Virus record (IMG/VR): IMGVR_UViG_3300029267_004155 | DNA from: a virus | Lineage: Duplodnaviria; Caudoviricetes | Direction: 5' to 3' (one strand) | Length of the DNA stretch: 64,000 bases | Shown here: one piece after another, positions 29,020-39,174 of the stretch | Layout: each line of letters starts with the position of its first letter | How positions within the stretch are numbered: the stretch's first letter is position 1 | Notes under the pieces: model-generated | Database searches by the model: none | What the model was told of the DNA's origin: nothing | Seen by the model: only the letters and a program-made list of their open reading frames with translations | Position numbers and translations under genes: made by a program

Positions 29020-30069
29020 ATGCACGTAAGGGACTTGGCACCCGGTGAGACGTTGGTGGACGCGTTTGGAGAGCCGATCCAGATGTCGTGCGGCGGGGAG
29101 TGGCTCCGCGTTGACGCGCTGTCGGTGTATAAAAGCGCCGTTCGGTTCAGGATCGTGGAGCAGAAGCTGCGCGGGGAGAATTTCGCGTGGACTCGGCCTG
29201 AGACTCCGAGGTGCTTCAGCGTTCCCGAGGCGCGGATGGTGCTCATCTCGGATGACAGGATCGGTTTCTCCACGTCCGATTTGGAGTGCAACTTGTTCGT
29301 GCGGGGCTCGGAGCGGGGTGCGGATGGCACGAGCTGCAAGTGCGGGGTGCTCCAGTGGGGGCGCATCTGCACGGCCGTTGAGAGCTACAATGAGGAGATG
29401 GGGCGGAACGTCGGGGGCGTGGGGGCTTCCCTGGAGGAGTCGGCGCCTTTGGTTCCCGTTCCCGCCTCCAGTGAGCCTGGGGCTGAAAGGTGGTCGTGCG
29501 GCGGGGAGTGGCTCGGGCTGAAGGCGATGGCGATAGAGAAGGGCCGAGTTCGGTTCAGGATCGTGGAGCAGAAGCTGCGCGGGGAGAATTTCGCGTGGAC
29601 TCGGCCCGAGACTCCGAGGTGCTTCAGCGTTCCCGAGGCGGGGGTGGCCTTGGTTTCGAGTACCAAGCCGAAGTGGAAGGGGTCTCCTGTCCAGAGTACC
29701 CTGTTCGTGCGGGGCTCGGACGAGAAGGGTGACGACATCATTGCCAACTGCGGGGTGCTCCAGTGGGGGCGCATCTGCAAGGCCGTCGACCTCTACAACG
29801 AGGAGATGGGGGAGAATGTCGGGGCTTCGCTGGCGTCCGTGGGCGTCGAGGCCGACGCGTCGTGGTCCGAGAAGAACGCGGAGGTGGCCGTTCCGAAGGC
29901 TCCGGCGGCAAGTGAGGGCGTGAAGGCGCCAGAGGTGGTTCCCGAGGCGTCCGCTGAGGATGTCCGGTTGGCGCCGGGGTCCGAGGAGGGGGTGGCTGCG
30001 ATCCTGCGGCTGGGCGGCAAGGTTGTCTATGTGGCGGCCGGGGCGCATGTCACGATCAACATCGGGTGA
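29020..30069 (+). CDS. Protein with two internal repeats, copy B2
   Basis: Paralogue of 27187-28209 with near-identical C-terminus. Confidence 0.8.
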   Translation: MHVRDLAPGETLVDAFGEPIQMSCGGEWLRVDALSVYKSAVRFRIVEQKLRGENFAWTRPETPRCFSVPEARMVLISDDRIGFSTSDLECNLFVRGSERGADGTSCKCGVLQWGRICTAVESYNEEMGRNVGGVGASLEESAPLVPVPASSEPGAERWSCGGEWLGLKAMAIEKGRVRFRIVEQKLRGENFAWTRPETPRCFSVPEAGVALVSSTKPKWKGSPVQSTLFVRGSDEKGDDIIANCGVLQWGRICKAVDLYNEEMGENVGASLASVGVEADASWSEKNAEVAVPKAPAASEGVKAPEVVPEASAEDVRLAPGSEEGVAAILRLGGKVVYVAAGAHVTINIG

Positions 30070-30254
30070 GCGACTCTGTGGAGGTGACGACGTGAAGACC
30101 TGGAGCACGAAGTTGAGCGGTGAGAAAATCCGTGGAGTACTTTGTACGATGTGCATGTTCGGAACGACCAGGTTCTGCAAGAACTGCCGGTGCTGCCGGC
30201 ACATCTGCAACTGCGGGAAGTTCGAGCCCGCGAACAAGCTGAAGGGGAGATGAG

Positions 30255-30557
30255 ATGGGATACTACATCCAGGGACCGATGAGAGGCAAGGCTCAGTACA
30301 TCCGGACGCACGAGGAGGGTGTCACGGTGCTTCCGACGGCCGAGGCGGCGAGACGGGCCTACGCCGAGGGCATGGGCGTCGTGGCGGTGGTTGAGAACGG
30401 CCCGTTCGACGCGGCCGCCTTCGCGTTCGACGAGCGGGAGCTGGAGGTGTTCCTGGCGCCTGGAGATCGGCGTCCGCTGACGCTGCTTGCGATGGACCGG
30501 AAGAGGGCCGAGGAGCTGTCGGGCTACGCCGAGGCGATGGCGAAGAGGGAGAGGTGA
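30255..30557 (+). CDS. Hypothetical phage protein
   Basis: MGYYI..VVENGPFDAA. Confidence 0.7.
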   Translation: MGYYIQGPMRGKAQYIRTHEEGVTVLPTAEAARRAYAEGMGVVAVVENGPFDAAAFAFDERELEVFLAPGDRRPLTLLAMDRKRAEELSGYAEAMAKRER

Positions 30558-30690
30558 GCCGTGGGAGGACAAGCGCGTCTATGACGTGGAGGCCAGGCGA
30601 TGAAGGTTGTTGACGAGGGGCCGAAGGAGAAGGCCTTGGAGGCTTTCTCCGACCGTATTCGGGAGTTCGAGAACGTGTTCGCAAGGAGAG

Positions 30691-30930
30691 ATGATGACTG
30701 ACGCAAAGCAATTCCTACTTGAGCTTGCCGATCTGATGGACAAGTTCGGCGTCGAGGAGGTCGAGGCGACCGACGAGGTTCGGGGCTACGACCGCGTGAA
30801 GACAGGCATCGAGTTTACCATCCCGACGAGGTGGGACGATGGCGAGATGACGAGGGACGATCAGAGCGTGAACGTTGGCAACTGGACTGACGCGAACAGT
30901 CTGAGAGTGCAGGCGGAGGCGATGAGGTGA
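30691..30930 (+). CDS. Hypothetical protein
   Basis: AAGGAG RBS. Confidence 0.6.
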   Translation: MMTDAKQFLLELADLMDKFGVEEVEATDEVRGYDRVKTGIEFTIPTRWDDGEMTRDDQSVNVGNWTDANSLRVQAEAMR

Positions 30931-31406
30931 AAGAGGTCGTCAAGGAAGCTCCGCACCTGAAGTGGCACGAGGGCGGTTCGGCCTACGTGTTCGACGAGGA
31001 GTGCGACACCTGTGGCGAGACCATGGAGGAGATGTCCTGCCGTTGCACGGGGACGGCCGACGAGTACGTCTACTGGTGTCCGGAGTGTGGGACGGTCCTG
31101 GATCGCTGGTACGAGAGGCACCCGATCAGGCCCGACATGTGGAAGCGCCCCCTGAGGACCGAGTGGAAGGGCCTCGTGGCTGCCGCGTGCCAGCGGGATG
31201 GCAAGGTTTACCGGGGAACTCGGCATGGCTGGATCATCGCCAGGATGATCGAGGCCGGGTGCGAGCCGCCGGTCAGGCGGCACGAGCAGGGCTTCGTGAC
31301 CGAGAAGGGAGTCTTCCTGTCGAGGGAGGCGGCGGCCATCTACGCCCATGAGCACGGGCAGACTTCCGAGATTGTCCGCAACTTGACGAGCGAGGACCTT
31401 TGGTGA
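30927..31406 (+). CDS. Zn ribbon fused to a G.RH..QGF..F..R.EA..SEDLW phage domain
   Basis: Motifs in translation. Confidence 0.7.
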   Translation: MKEVVKEAPHLKWHEGGSAYVFDEECDTCGETMEEMSCRCTGTADEYVYWCPECGTVLDRWYERHPIRPDMWKRPLRTEWKGLVAAACQRDGKVYRGTRHGWIIARMIEAGCEPPVRRHEQGFVTEKGVFLSREAAAIYAHEHGQTSEIVRNLTSEDLW

Positions 31407-31828
31407 TGAAGATCGAGTCCAGGAGGAAGCTGCTGCTGGTCAAGGAGGGCATGGAGGCCGTCATCGACTCGGAGGTCGAGATGGACCGCGGCGGCCACGG
31501 CACCGGGAAGGCCAGGCTGGCCTCGGACATCCGGCAGGAGGCCATGGCCGAGCTCCGGGAGAGGTTCCCGCTGTCGAGGGTGGGCGGGAAGAGAGGCAGG
31601 CCCAGGAAGGCGCTCCCGGATGAGACCAAGGAGACCATCCTGTTCCGGTACTACCTGACCGAGATGAGCATGGCGGCCATCGCCGAGAGGCTCAAGCTCT
31701 CGAACGCCGTCGTCACCCGGACGATCGACGAGGGCGGGAAGGCCTGGTATGACGACAACAAGGACGCTGTCGACGACTACCGGGGAAGGCGATTCGGGGG
31801 CCTCAGGCACGTTCCTCGGGGAAAATAG
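31406..31828 (+). CDS. HTH DNA-binding protein with GRPR motif
   Basis: MAAIAERLKLS..V; similar to 31897. Confidence 0.7.
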   Translation: MKIESRRKLLLVKEGMEAVIDSEVEMDRGGHGTGKARLASDIRQEAMAELRERFPLSRVGGKRGRPRKALPDETKETILFRYYLTEMSMAAIAERLKLSNAVVTRTIDEGGKAWYDDNKDAVDDYRGRRFGGLRHVPRGK

Positions 31829-31840
31829 TTGGCGCTCCGA

Positions 31841-31870
31841 GTGGAAAACTGACTCTTTTTGGCAATATGG
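31841..31870 (+). promoter_or_regulatory. Conserved motif, copy 6
   Basis: GTGGAAAACtgactctttttGGCAATATGG. Confidence 0.8.
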
Positions 31871-31896
31871 GGGTAGAGACTGTCAGGAGGAGCTAG

Positions 31897-32439
31897 ATGA
31901 ACATCGAGTCGAGAAAAGAGCTGGAGATGGTGGGCGCTGCGATGAGGCGCCTCGCCATGCGGCTGCCTGAAGGGGCGGACGAGCGCGGAATTGCCCTGGG
32001 GTTGAGCGAAAAGGCACAGGCGGCGCTGGCCGAGTTGCCGCCCGAGCCGGAGGGGCGCGGGCGCCCCAGAATCGAGTTCGCGGAAGAGGCCATGGAGGAG
32101 GCTTTCCGGAGACGATTTGTCGACGGGGAGCCGATTTCGAGGATAGCCGAGGGCATGGGGCTTCCGAGACAGACGCTGGCCAGGCGGTTGAAGGATGGCG
32201 GCGTCGTGTGGTGTCGGAAGAGGGGTGTCGGGTGGAAGAAGGGCATCACGAAGAGGAGGACGCGGGGACGCCCCCGCCTTGAGATTCCCAAGCCGTTGGC
32301 CATGGAGGTGGTTCGGCGTCATTGTTTGCAGGGAGAGACCTTTGCCGAGCTGGGTCGTGAGCTGGGGATTTCCAGCTACGTTGTTCGGCGCGTGGTTGGG
32401 GAGAGCGTGAGATTGAAAGCCGGGAGGGACGTGGGATGA
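31897..32439 (+). CDS. Double-HTH protein with GRPR motifs
   Basis: ISRIAEGMGLPRQTL; FAELGRELGIS; MNIESRK start resembles MKIESRR of upstream gene. Confidence 0.72.
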   Translation: MNIESRKELEMVGAAMRRLAMRLPEGADERGIALGLSEKAQAALAELPPEPEGRGRPRIEFAEEAMEEAFRRRFVDGEPISRIAEGMGLPRQTLARRLKDGGVVWCRKRGVGWKKGITKRRTRGRPRLEIPKPLAMEVVRRHCLQGETFAELGRELGISSYVVRRVVGESVRLKAGRDVG

Positions 32440-32566
32440 CGAGGCTGTTGAGAACTCACAGGAACGACCGCCAGGCCCTGAGCCGGGCGTGGGTCAAGTC
32501 CAACAAGAGGCTCGCCAACAGGCGGGCGCGGCGGAACGGCAACGCTTTGATTCGGGAGGCGACCTG

Positions 32567-34732
32567 ATGGACGCGGACGAGAGGGACGGGTTGACGGCGA
32601 GATGGGCCGACAGGGGCCGTGACGGCTCCTGCAACTTCTGCCTGCGTCCCCATCGGAAGGTGTACGTGGTGAAGGGCAGGTCGAGCCTTCGCACGCTGGA
32701 GGTCCGGCTCTGCCAGCGCTGCCGGGACGAGCTGATGAAGCAGAGCTGGTCCCGCACAGGAGGTGAGTGATGGATGGGAGCAAGTGCATCATGGCCGGGG
32801 TTCCGTTCTGCGTGGGGTGCCTGGACACCATGCGCGTCGTCAGGAACGACGCGATGGTGGTGTGTCCGGGCGGCGCGATGAGGCGGGCCTACAAGGGTGA
32901 CCTCTACGAGTGCCGCCGCTGCGGGGCGAGGGTCTTCCAGCCGGCCATGATGGGGATTGACATCAGCCCGGGAGAGGTCGGCGAGATCGCTGCGTCCGGC
33001 GAAGAGGTAATCCTGATGGAGGGTGTGTGATGAGGCTGGTCTTTGCCAGGTTCGACGACGGGCACGAGTCTTACCTGTTTCGGGTGGGGCCCGAGTTCGA
33101 CCTTCAGGCCTGGATCAAGAGTCGCGAGAAGGTTTTCCGGCTGCTTTGCGTGGCCGGGCTGATAGTGGAGGAGGTCGACTGATGAGCGAGTATTGCCTTA
33201 ATTGCGGGACCGAGCTGAACTGCCTCGACGAGGACCCGAACGGCGACAGGAACGTCGTCTGCGCGAAGTGCCGGGCCGAGGATGACCACGACTTCGACGC
33301 GGAGCCCGACGTCCGGTTCGGTCGGGACGGGAGGCTGGTCGAGGCCGAGCCGAGCCGTTCCGGCGACGAGGGCCCTGTCTGCGTCGGGTGCAGGAAGTCT
33401 CGCGAGGAGGAGGCCGGCGTGTGCTCGGCGTGCGGGGCGGAGACGGAGGTCCAGTTCCTCCCTCTCCACATTATTGGGAGCGAGGGCACCTGGCTCTGCC
33501 ACTCCTGCAAGATGACCGTGATCGGGGTGATAAGGGGCATGAGGAGCGCGGCTGGAAGGGCTGTCGTGGCCCACCGGAAGCGGCAGAGGCGGCATGGGAA
33601 GGGGATCATGACCGGGACGTCGGAGAGGATGACGGTGGACGAGATGGTGAGGGAGCGGGTGAGGGCCCACCTCCGTGGCGACTGGCCTCGCATGGCCGAG
33701 CTCGACCTTGCGGGCCAGGATTACACGAACCACGGATACTGGACGAAGGTGCAGACCTTGAGCCCCCTCAGCGACGACGAGCTGCGGGAGTGGCTCGACG
33801 AAGGAGGCGAGTGATGTCTGAGTGGCTTGACAATCTGAAGGTCGGCGACAAGGTGACGGTGGTCCCGGGCGGCCTCATGGCGCAGGGGCGCATCGTCGGT
33901 GGCGAGATCACGGGCGAGACCAAGACGCTCTGGAGGGTGGCCTTTGGTCGTGACGGCCAGTATGTCGGGAGCTACCTCAAGCGGAGCGGGAAGGTGAGCG
34001 GTTCCTCCTCCTCCGACTTCTATTCGGGGCGCATCGATCCCTATGACGACGAGGCGATCCGGGTCGCGGTCGAGGAGCGCCGGCGCTCCCGCCTGGCCCG
34101 GAAGCTGGAGGACTACCCCTGGAGGAAGCTCACCGGCGACGAGCTGCGGCAGGTGCAGGAGTTCGTAAAAGGGCTGGTGGACACGCGTGAGGAGAGGAAG
34201 GCGGACGCTGCCGGGAAGGAGGGCGGATCATGATTAACGTGATTCTCAGTAGTAACCATATCCCGTCGATCCCGACGCCGTGCCCCTACCACGACTGCGT
34301 CTACAACGGCGAGTCCGAGGAGGGCGTTTGCGACGATCCGCAGATTGGCTATCTGAACGGGGACTCCAGATGCCATCGCCGAGGGGTGAAGTGGCTCCTG
34401 GGCAAGCTGGGTGTTGATCTGGGAGAGACGAAGGAGCGCCTGCCGAGGGAGACGGGCCCGTGACCGAGGATGACGGTTCTTGCGTCCAATGCGGCTTTTG
34501 CTGTCGGCAGCGCCCGTGCCTCTACGGGCTGCATGCCGGCGCCAGCGGCAGCGGCCCCTGCCGGTTCCTGACGGATGACGACCTCTGCTCTCTTCACGAC
34601 GAGATCGTGGAGCGCGAGCGGGGGGCCAGCTATCCGATGATGGGCTCCGGCTGCTCCAGCACGCTCTTCAACGAGAGGCGCGACGGGAAGCTGGCCCGGA
34701 GGCGTATAGTGGGACAGGAGGTGACGACATGA
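32567..34732 (+). other. Run of small coupled hypothetical/Cys-rich genes (32567-32770, 32767-33030, 33030-33182, 33182-33814, 33814-34233, 34230-34463, 34460-34732)
   Basis: Consecutive stop/start overlaps with RBSs. Confidence 0.6.
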
Positions 34733-36168
34733 TGATGAAGCTGACATGCGTGCGGGGCCACGAGGAGGTCGATGTCCTTCTGGCCGCGCCCTGGCGGGAC
34801 ACCGAGCCGTGGAGGATGGGGGTGGAGACCGAGACCGGCATCGAGGAGGTCAAGTTCGCCCGGGTGAGGAAGGGGAGGCCGGCCATCCCGTCGCTGGGGA
34901 TCGCGAGGAAGGCGCTGGTCGGCGCCGGGCTCGACTGGGCGGCCGATTCCGTGAGGACCGCCGACGACGGCCATCTCGAGGTCGACATGGAGGACAGGTC
35001 CAGGTATGGCTGGTGGTCGCCCTGCTCGGGGCGGACGCGTTCGGACCGGAAATGGATGGTGGCCGGCCGGGAGATCGGCGAGGAGGTCCATGGGAAGATC
35101 GTCGACGCCTTCCATACGGTGTCCCGGTGGCAGGACCTGCCCGGCGCCAGCGTCAGGGTCGCCGACAAGCAGATGCCCCTTCAGAGGCTTTTGGAGATGA
35201 TGGAAGGGAAGGTCGTGAGCGCGGCCTCCCTCAAGGAGTGCCGGGCTGACGGCGAGGACCGTCCGCCCTTCCTTCCGGGAGACCGGGTGAGGGGCTCCTT
35301 CGGCGAGGGGGTTCTGGAGGCCCTGAACGCCAAGGCCAAGGTCAGGCGTCCGGACGGGACCTACAGCAACGTGTCCTGGCGGGGCATGGAGCGGATGCCG
35401 GACGAGAGGCCGGAGCGGCCGGAGGACGTCCATGGGTCGCTGGACGCCGCCTTCTCCTTCGTGGTCGAGAAGGGGGCCCGCCTCTACAGGGCGGCGACCA
35501 GGAAGGGCCCGTGGGCGATCCCGGTCTTTCCGCAGAAGGGGGAGAAGCAGCGCCGCAGGGAGGACGCCGAGCAGTGCGAGTGCCCGATATGCGGATGGGC
35601 CATGGCTCAGTCGATGGGCTACGGGGAGGAGCACATCTTCGTATGCTGCATGTGCAGCCAGAGGGCCCTGGTGGTCGACGACTCGGCCGACGGCGAGATC
35701 AGCCTTCTCATGATGCGGAGGCCGGCCAAGAACCGGTTCTGCCTGGAGGAGGCGAGGTGCTGCGCCAACTGCGGGCTCTTCGAGTTCGAGGTGGGGCGCC
35801 AGGGCAGGAGGGTGACCGGCTACTGCCGGGCGAGCAACCAGTGCGTGCAGGGCTTCAACGCGTGCTCCTGGTGGTTCCCGCGGGACCCGAGGCGGTACTT
35901 GGCGAACATGAAGCAGCATGTCAGGAATTTGGCCTTCGGGGTCGACGACGAGCGGAACACGGGCCGGCACGACATCAGGGACACGGTCTACCGGGCCGAG
36001 GACCACGAGGCCCAGAAGACGCGGGCCGACGAGGCGGTCGACGCTTACCGGAGGGCCCACAGGTGGTGCATGCTGGAGTTGAAGGGAATGGCGGAGAAGG
36101 GGACGCTGCGGGAGAGGGCGACCCCGGAGGTCAGGGAGTTCTACGGCAGGGTCCTGGACGAGGAATGA
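34729..36168 (+). CDS. Large hypothetical protein with several Cys clusters
   Basis: AGGAGG RBS, 479 aa. Confidence 0.7.
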   Translation: MMMKLTCVRGHEEVDVLLAAPWRDTEPWRMGVETETGIEEVKFARVRKGRPAIPSLGIARKALVGAGLDWAADSVRTADDGHLEVDMEDRSRYGWWSPCSGRTRSDRKWMVAGREIGEEVHGKIVDAFHTVSRWQDLPGASVRVADKQMPLQRLLEMMEGKVVSAASLKECRADGEDRPPFLPGDRVRGSFGEGVLEALNAKAKVRRPDGTYSNVSWRGMERMPDERPERPEDVHGSLDAAFSFVVEKGARLYRAATRKGPWAIPVFPQKGEKQRRREDAEQCECPICGWAMAQSMGYGEEHIFVCCMCSQRALVVDDSADGEISLLMMRRPAKNRFCLEEARCCANCGLFEFEVGRQGRRVTGYCRASNQCVQGFNACSWWFPRDPRRYLANMKQHVRNLAFGVDDERNTGRHDIRDTVYRAEDHEAQKTRADEAVDAYRRAHRWCMLELKGMAEKGTLRERATPEVREFYGRVLDEE

Positions 36169-36172
36169 CGAC

Positions 36173-37048
36173 ATGAAGGTTCTTGTGACGGGTGCGAACG
36201 GCCAGCTCGGGAAGGTCGTGATGCGGAGGTTCGAGAAGGACGGAAAGTGCGACGTCTTCGGGGTGGACCTGCCTTTGCTGAACGTGGAGGCGCCTTTCGA
36301 CGTGCAGGTGGCCGTGGAGAGCTACGAGCCCGACGTGGTGGTCCACTGCGCGGCCAGGACGGACGTGGACGGCTGCCAGGCCGACCCTGTCGGGGCCATG
36401 GCGGCGAACTGGGTCGGGACGGCCAACGTGGCCGTGGCCTGCGCGATGGCCAAGTCCAAGATGGTCTACGTCTCGACGAGCTTCGTGTTCGACGGGAAGA
36501 AGCCGGGGTCCTACGTCGAGTGGGACGAGACGGGTCCTCTCGGGGTCTACGGCCTGAGCAAGCTGAAGGGAGAGGAGGCGGTCAGGGCCCACTGCCCGAA
36601 CCATGTCATCCTCCGGACGACGTGGTTGTACGGGGACGAGGGGAAGGGTTTCCCGGAGCGCGTGGTGGAGATGGCGAGGGCCGGCAAGCCGCTGACGGTC
36701 GTGGGCGACCAGAGGGGCGACCCGACGTCGGCGACGGCGTTGGCGGACGCGATCTGGTGGACGTGCGAGGCTCGCCTGGCGGGGACCTTCCATGCCTCGT
36801 GCTCCGGGGGCGGATGCGCCAAGCACGAGCTGGCGGTGGCGGCCCTGCAGGCTGCCAGGGCCTCGGCCGAGGTGGTTCCCATCTCGACGGCCGAGTACGT
36901 CCGGGACAATTCGGCGTCGGCGCCCGGGGTCGTGTCTCCGAGGCCGCGGAACTCGTGCATGGACGGGGCGCTGCTGGCCAGGACGGGATGGGCGCTGCCG
37001 CACTGGAGAGACGAGATTATTAGGAGATTTTCAGGAAAGTCTTCCTGA
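36173..37048 (+). CDS. rfbD: dTDP-4-dehydrorhamnose reductase
   Basis: VTGANGQLG, HCAA.T.VD, YVST..VFDG, YGLSKLKGE, DQ.G.PT, PRP.NS. Confidence 0.93.
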   Translation: MKVLVTGANGQLGKVVMRRFEKDGKCDVFGVDLPLLNVEAPFDVQVAVESYEPDVVVHCAARTDVDGCQADPVGAMAANWVGTANVAVACAMAKSKMVYVSTSFVFDGKKPGSYVEWDETGPLGVYGLSKLKGEEAVRAHCPNHVILRTTWLYGDEGKGFPERVVEMARAGKPLTVVGDQRGDPTSATALADAIWWTCEARLAGTFHASCSGGGCAKHELAVAALQAARASAEVVPISTAEYVRDNSASAPGVVSPRPRNSCMDGALLARTGWALPHWRDEIIRRFSGKSS

Positions 37049-37094
37049 GATGCCGGTTTCGCGCGTATAGTTTGACAAATATGGGAGACGAGCA

Positions 37095-37457
37095 ATGGCC
37101 AACGACTGGGCGAAGATCGAGCGCTACAGGGACAAGGAGCGGCGCGAGCTTGTCGTTTTCACTCCTTGCAGGGGTGGGGAGGGGAAGGTCGTCCGGGGTG
37201 TGTGCATGCTGAAGGTGAAGGGTGTCCATCCCCAGACGAAGGAGGTGGTCGAGAGGGAGCAGGGCTTCGAGTTCGCCTTTCCGGGCGGCACGACCGTGAG
37301 GCGGGCGATGGACACCTTCGACGCCGTGGCGGGGAAGGCCATCAAGAAGTACGAGGAGGAGCAGCTGGAGAAGCAGAAGGAGCGGTCCATCGTGGCCGCC
37401 CGCCATGTGCCCCCGCTCCTGGGGCCTGGCGGGAAGCCGATGCGGCTTGGCGGCTAG
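37095..37457 (+). CDS. Hypothetical protein
   Basis: Follows CGTATAGT (37064-37071) and GGAG RBS. Confidence 0.7.
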   Translation: MANDWAKIERYRDKERRELVVFTPCRGGEGKVVRGVCMLKVKGVHPQTKEVVEREQGFEFAFPGGTTVRRAMDTFDAVAGKAIKKYEEEQLEKQKERSIVAARHVPPLLGPGGKPMRLGG

Positions 37458-37507
37458 GTGGCCGCGAGCTCGGGCAATAAAGGCAAAAGAGGCAAGGAGA
37501 TCGGGAA

Positions 37508-38332
37508 ATGACGAAGAGCTACGACTACGACGCGGCCATCGGAAGGGCGATCAGGCTCCACTGCACGGGGAGCGAGACCGGGCAGCCCACGCACACGCAG
37601 TTCAAGGAGATTTCCGACAGGATCGGCGTCAGCGTGGGGATGCTCCGGAACTGGACCCGGGATGTCAACGGGGAGAGGAACAGGGCCGGCAGGGAGGTGG
37701 CTCCGCCTGACAGCTGCTGCGGCGACAAGCTCCTGGCGCTGGCGTGCCTGATTCCGAACGAGCTGGAAGCGTGCGGGTGGGTCGATCCTGACCCGGCCCG
37801 GACGCAGAGCTGGATGAGGGAGAGGGCCATAGGGTCGACTGTCCCGGAGCTGAAGGCGAGGCTGGGGGCGAGGGCGAGGCAGCTGACGGCCCTCAACAAG
37901 ACGGTCGACGCGCTGAACGTCGAGAACGGGGACCTGGCTCGCAGGCTCAAGGAGGCGGCCGACGAGCTTGAGACGCTCCGTCGGTCCGCCGGCGTGCCGG
38001 CGCCAGTGGCGCGCAAGGCGGCGTTGCCGGTCGACGGCGAGATCGTTGTCTGCTGCAGCTGCAAGAAGCACGACCTCGAGAGCGTGGGATGGCGGATCGT
38101 CGGGGGCCGCGTGAAGCTGGTGGTCAAGCCGTGCCCGGGGTGCGTCGACCCCCAGGTGAGGGAGAAGGCGCGCACGAGGGGCGAGTACTTGAAGAGGATC
38201 GGCCGTGGCGTCGTGAGGATGAGGAAGTCCGTCGACGAGGTCGCCAGTGACATCGAGAGGCTAGTCGGGCCGGACTTCAGCAAGTCGCCCGGGGCCAACG
38301 GGAACACCAAGGGAGAGCTGGGTGATGAGTGA
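37508..38332 (+). CDS. HTH + coiled-coil + Zn-ribbon protein
   Basis: FKEISDRIGVS..LRNW; heptads; CSC..CPGC. Confidence 0.6.
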   Translation: MTKSYDYDAAIGRAIRLHCTGSETGQPTHTQFKEISDRIGVSVGMLRNWTRDVNGERNRAGREVAPPDSCCGDKLLALACLIPNELEACGWVDPDPARTQSWMRERAIGSTVPELKARLGARARQLTALNKTVDALNVENGDLARRLKEAADELETLRRSAGVPAPVARKAALPVDGEIVVCCSCKKHDLESVGWRIVGGRVKLVVKPCPGCVDPQVREKARTRGEYLKRIGRGVVRMRKSVDEVASDIERLVGPDFSKSPGANGNTKGELGDE

Positions 38333-38966
38333 CGTCAAGGCGAGGATGCTGGTGTCAGGCGAGGCCAAGTCCGGGGTCGTCTCGGAATGGTCCTGGGGGT
38401 GTCCGAGGTGCGGGGCCAGCGAGGGCGGCTTCGAGGGGCGGGCGCAGGCCCGCTCGTCCTATCGGGCCCATCGCGAGAAGGGGTGCCCCGGGAAGCCTCC
38501 GTGGACCGTGGTCGTCAGTCCTCCGGGGGCGACCCCGTTCGTCATCTCCGACGTCGAGAAGGCGCAGTCGCAGGCCGAGGCGGCGGACGAGGAGGATGTC
38601 GCGGTGATGGACAGGGCCATAGCCGAGCTCGACGGAGAGGTCGCGGTCTCGGAGGTCGCTCCGGACGAGGACGTCCCTCTGGATTCGGAGGATGGCTCGA
38701 TCCTCGACGACATGCAGGAGCCGCCTCCCTGCTTCGGCCATCACGGCCCGGAGGACGAGGCTTGCCGGAAGTGCGACCTCTCCGCGGCCTGCGAGCAGGC
38801 GACGACTGCCGTTGGGGAGCCTGACCCGGTGGAGGAGGCCGAGGCCGCGGCCAGGGAGCTGGTGGCCGCTGCGCCGGGGGTGGGGTGCTTCGGCTACCAC
38901 GACCCGGAGGCCGAGGAGTGCATGGGGTGCCGCGTCGCCAGGGAGTGCGCGGAGAACCCGGCCTAG
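38325..38966 (+). CDS. Acidic protein with two CFG-type Cys clusters
   Basis: CFG.H..C..C....C occurs twice. Confidence 0.65.
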   Translation: MSDVKARMLVSGEAKSGVVSEWSWGCPRCGASEGGFEGRAQARSSYRAHREKGCPGKPPWTVVVSPPGATPFVISDVEKAQSQAEAADEEDVAVMDRAIAELDGEVAVSEVAPDEDVPLDSEDGSILDDMQEPPPCFGHHGPEDEACRKCDLSAACEQATTAVGEPDPVEEAEAAARELVAAAPGVGCFGYHDPEAEECMGCRVARECAENPA

Positions 38967-39174
38967 AAGGACGTTCTCATGGACCTGCGGATAAGAGAGG
39001 GGCGGCTGCGCGACGTGGCGGCCGCCGTGGCGGAGACGGTTGTCTCCCATTTCGGGGCGGACGAGTGGGAGGGCGCCGACCAGGAGGAGAGGGAGGCCGT
39101 CGTCGACGAGGTGGCGGACAACATTCAGGAGCTGCTCGGCCTGGTGGTCGAGCCGGAATGCGAGGAGACATGAC

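Larger units (their letters stand above)
26467..30145 (+). repeat. Tandem duplication of a ~1.8-kb unit (about 26467-28286 and 28287-30145)
   Basis: Near-identical DNA at both unit starts and ends; paralogous gene pairs. Confidence 0.9.

Noticed and set aside
3609-30145. Diversity-generating retroelement behind the duplicated genes
   Set aside because: No reverse transcriptase in the window and differences between copies are not adenine-specific.
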